Below, one piece after another: positions 63,180 to 64,000 of a DNA stretch of 64,000 nucleotides (its first letter is position 1; every line of letters starts with the position of its first letter). The notes below the pieces were generated by a model. The model was not told where the DNA came from and did not search any database. It saw only the letters and a list, made by a program, of their open reading frames with translations. Both the position numbers and the translations under genes were made by a program. This stretch comes from Hypanus sabinus (lineage: Eukaryota), in NCBI RefSeq assembly GCF_030144855.1, contig NC_082723.1:15624001-15688000 (forward strand), given 5' to 3'.

Positions 63180-64000
63180 ACGTCTGGACAACCACATGTG
63201 CACAAGGTGCATTGAGCTGCAGTTCCTTAGTGACTGTGTTAGGGACCTTGAGCTGCAGCTTAATGACCTTCGTCTGGTCAGGGAGAGTGAGGAGGTGATA
63301 AAGAGGAGCTATAGGCAGGTAGTCACCCCGGGAACCACAGGAGACAGAGAAGTGGGTAACAGTCAGGAGAGGGAAAGGCAAGAAGCAGGTACGCTCTAGT
63401 CCCAGTGGCCATTCCCCTTAACAGTAAGTATTCCTGCTCGAGTACTGTCGGGGGTGATGGCCTCCCTGCGGGAAGCAACAATGGTTGTGCCTCTGGCACA
63501 GAGTCTGGCCCTGTGGCTCAGATGGGTAGGGAAAGGAAGAGGATGGCAGCAGTGATAGGAGACTCTGTAGTTAGGGGGTCAGATAGGTGATTCTGTGGAT
63601 GCAGGAAGGAAACATGGATGGTAGTTTGCCTCCCAGGTGCCAGGGTCCGGGATGTTTCGGATCATGTCCACGATATCTTGAAGTGGGAAGGAGAACAGCC
63701 AGAGGTCATGATACATATTGGTACCAACGACATAGGTTTGAAAAGGGAGGAGGTTCTGAAAACAGACTACAGAGAGTTAGGAAAGAAGTTGAGAAGCAGG
63801 ACCTCAAAGGTAGTAATTTGGGGGTTACTGCCTTTGCCACATGACAGTGAGTATAAGAATAGAATGAAGTGGAGGATAAATGCATGGCTGAGGGATTGGA
63901 GCAGGGGGCAGGGATTCAGATTTCTGGATCATTGGGACATCTTCTGGGGCAGGTGTGACCTGTACAAAAAGGACGGGTTGCACTTGAATCCGAAGGGGAC
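63180..64000 (+). mobile_element. CR1 ORF1 (Zn finger/leucine zipper plus SGNH esterase), degenerate; continues past the window
   Basis: CTRCIELQFL...LELQL, VIGDSVVRG, CLPGARVRDV, IHIGTNDIG, DGLHLN; contains stops. Confidence 0.9.

Overview
Vertebrate nuclear DNA, most likely from a cartilaginous fish (ray). This is inferred from the repeat landscape: HE1/V-type SINEs, CR1, Penelope-like, Tx1 and Rex-type LINEs. Two protein-coding genes lie head-to-head around a CpG-rich promoter at about 30.5-31.3 kb. On the minus strand is B3GALT9 (MQ micro-CDS at 25686-25691 spliced to 24012-22951; 355 aa). On the plus strand is a KLHL20-like BTB-BACK-Kelch gene with 8 coding exons from 32739 to 62729, all GT-AG and phase-compatible; its last exons lie beyond the window. 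Most of the rest is transposon-derived: a full-length decayed L1, many CR1 fragments, Rex1, Tx1, two solo Gypsy-type LTRs, hAT, mariner, Tc1 and Tigger DNA elements, RTE-derived non-autonomous elements, a 3.5-kb 24-bp minisatellite with higher-order structure, and a 362-N gap. Highlights: (1) a dispersed family of Penelope-derived fold-back elements carrying minimal type I hammerhead ribozyme motifs, with one core-intact copy at 41502-41539; (2) the KLHL20-like gene may be a retained paralogue (ohnologue) rather than the orthologue; (3) the shared promoter is built from degenerate tandem ~115-bp CCAAT/GC-box modules; (4) a DNA element closely resembling mammalian Tigger4/Zombi. Homology calls come from recall, not database searches.
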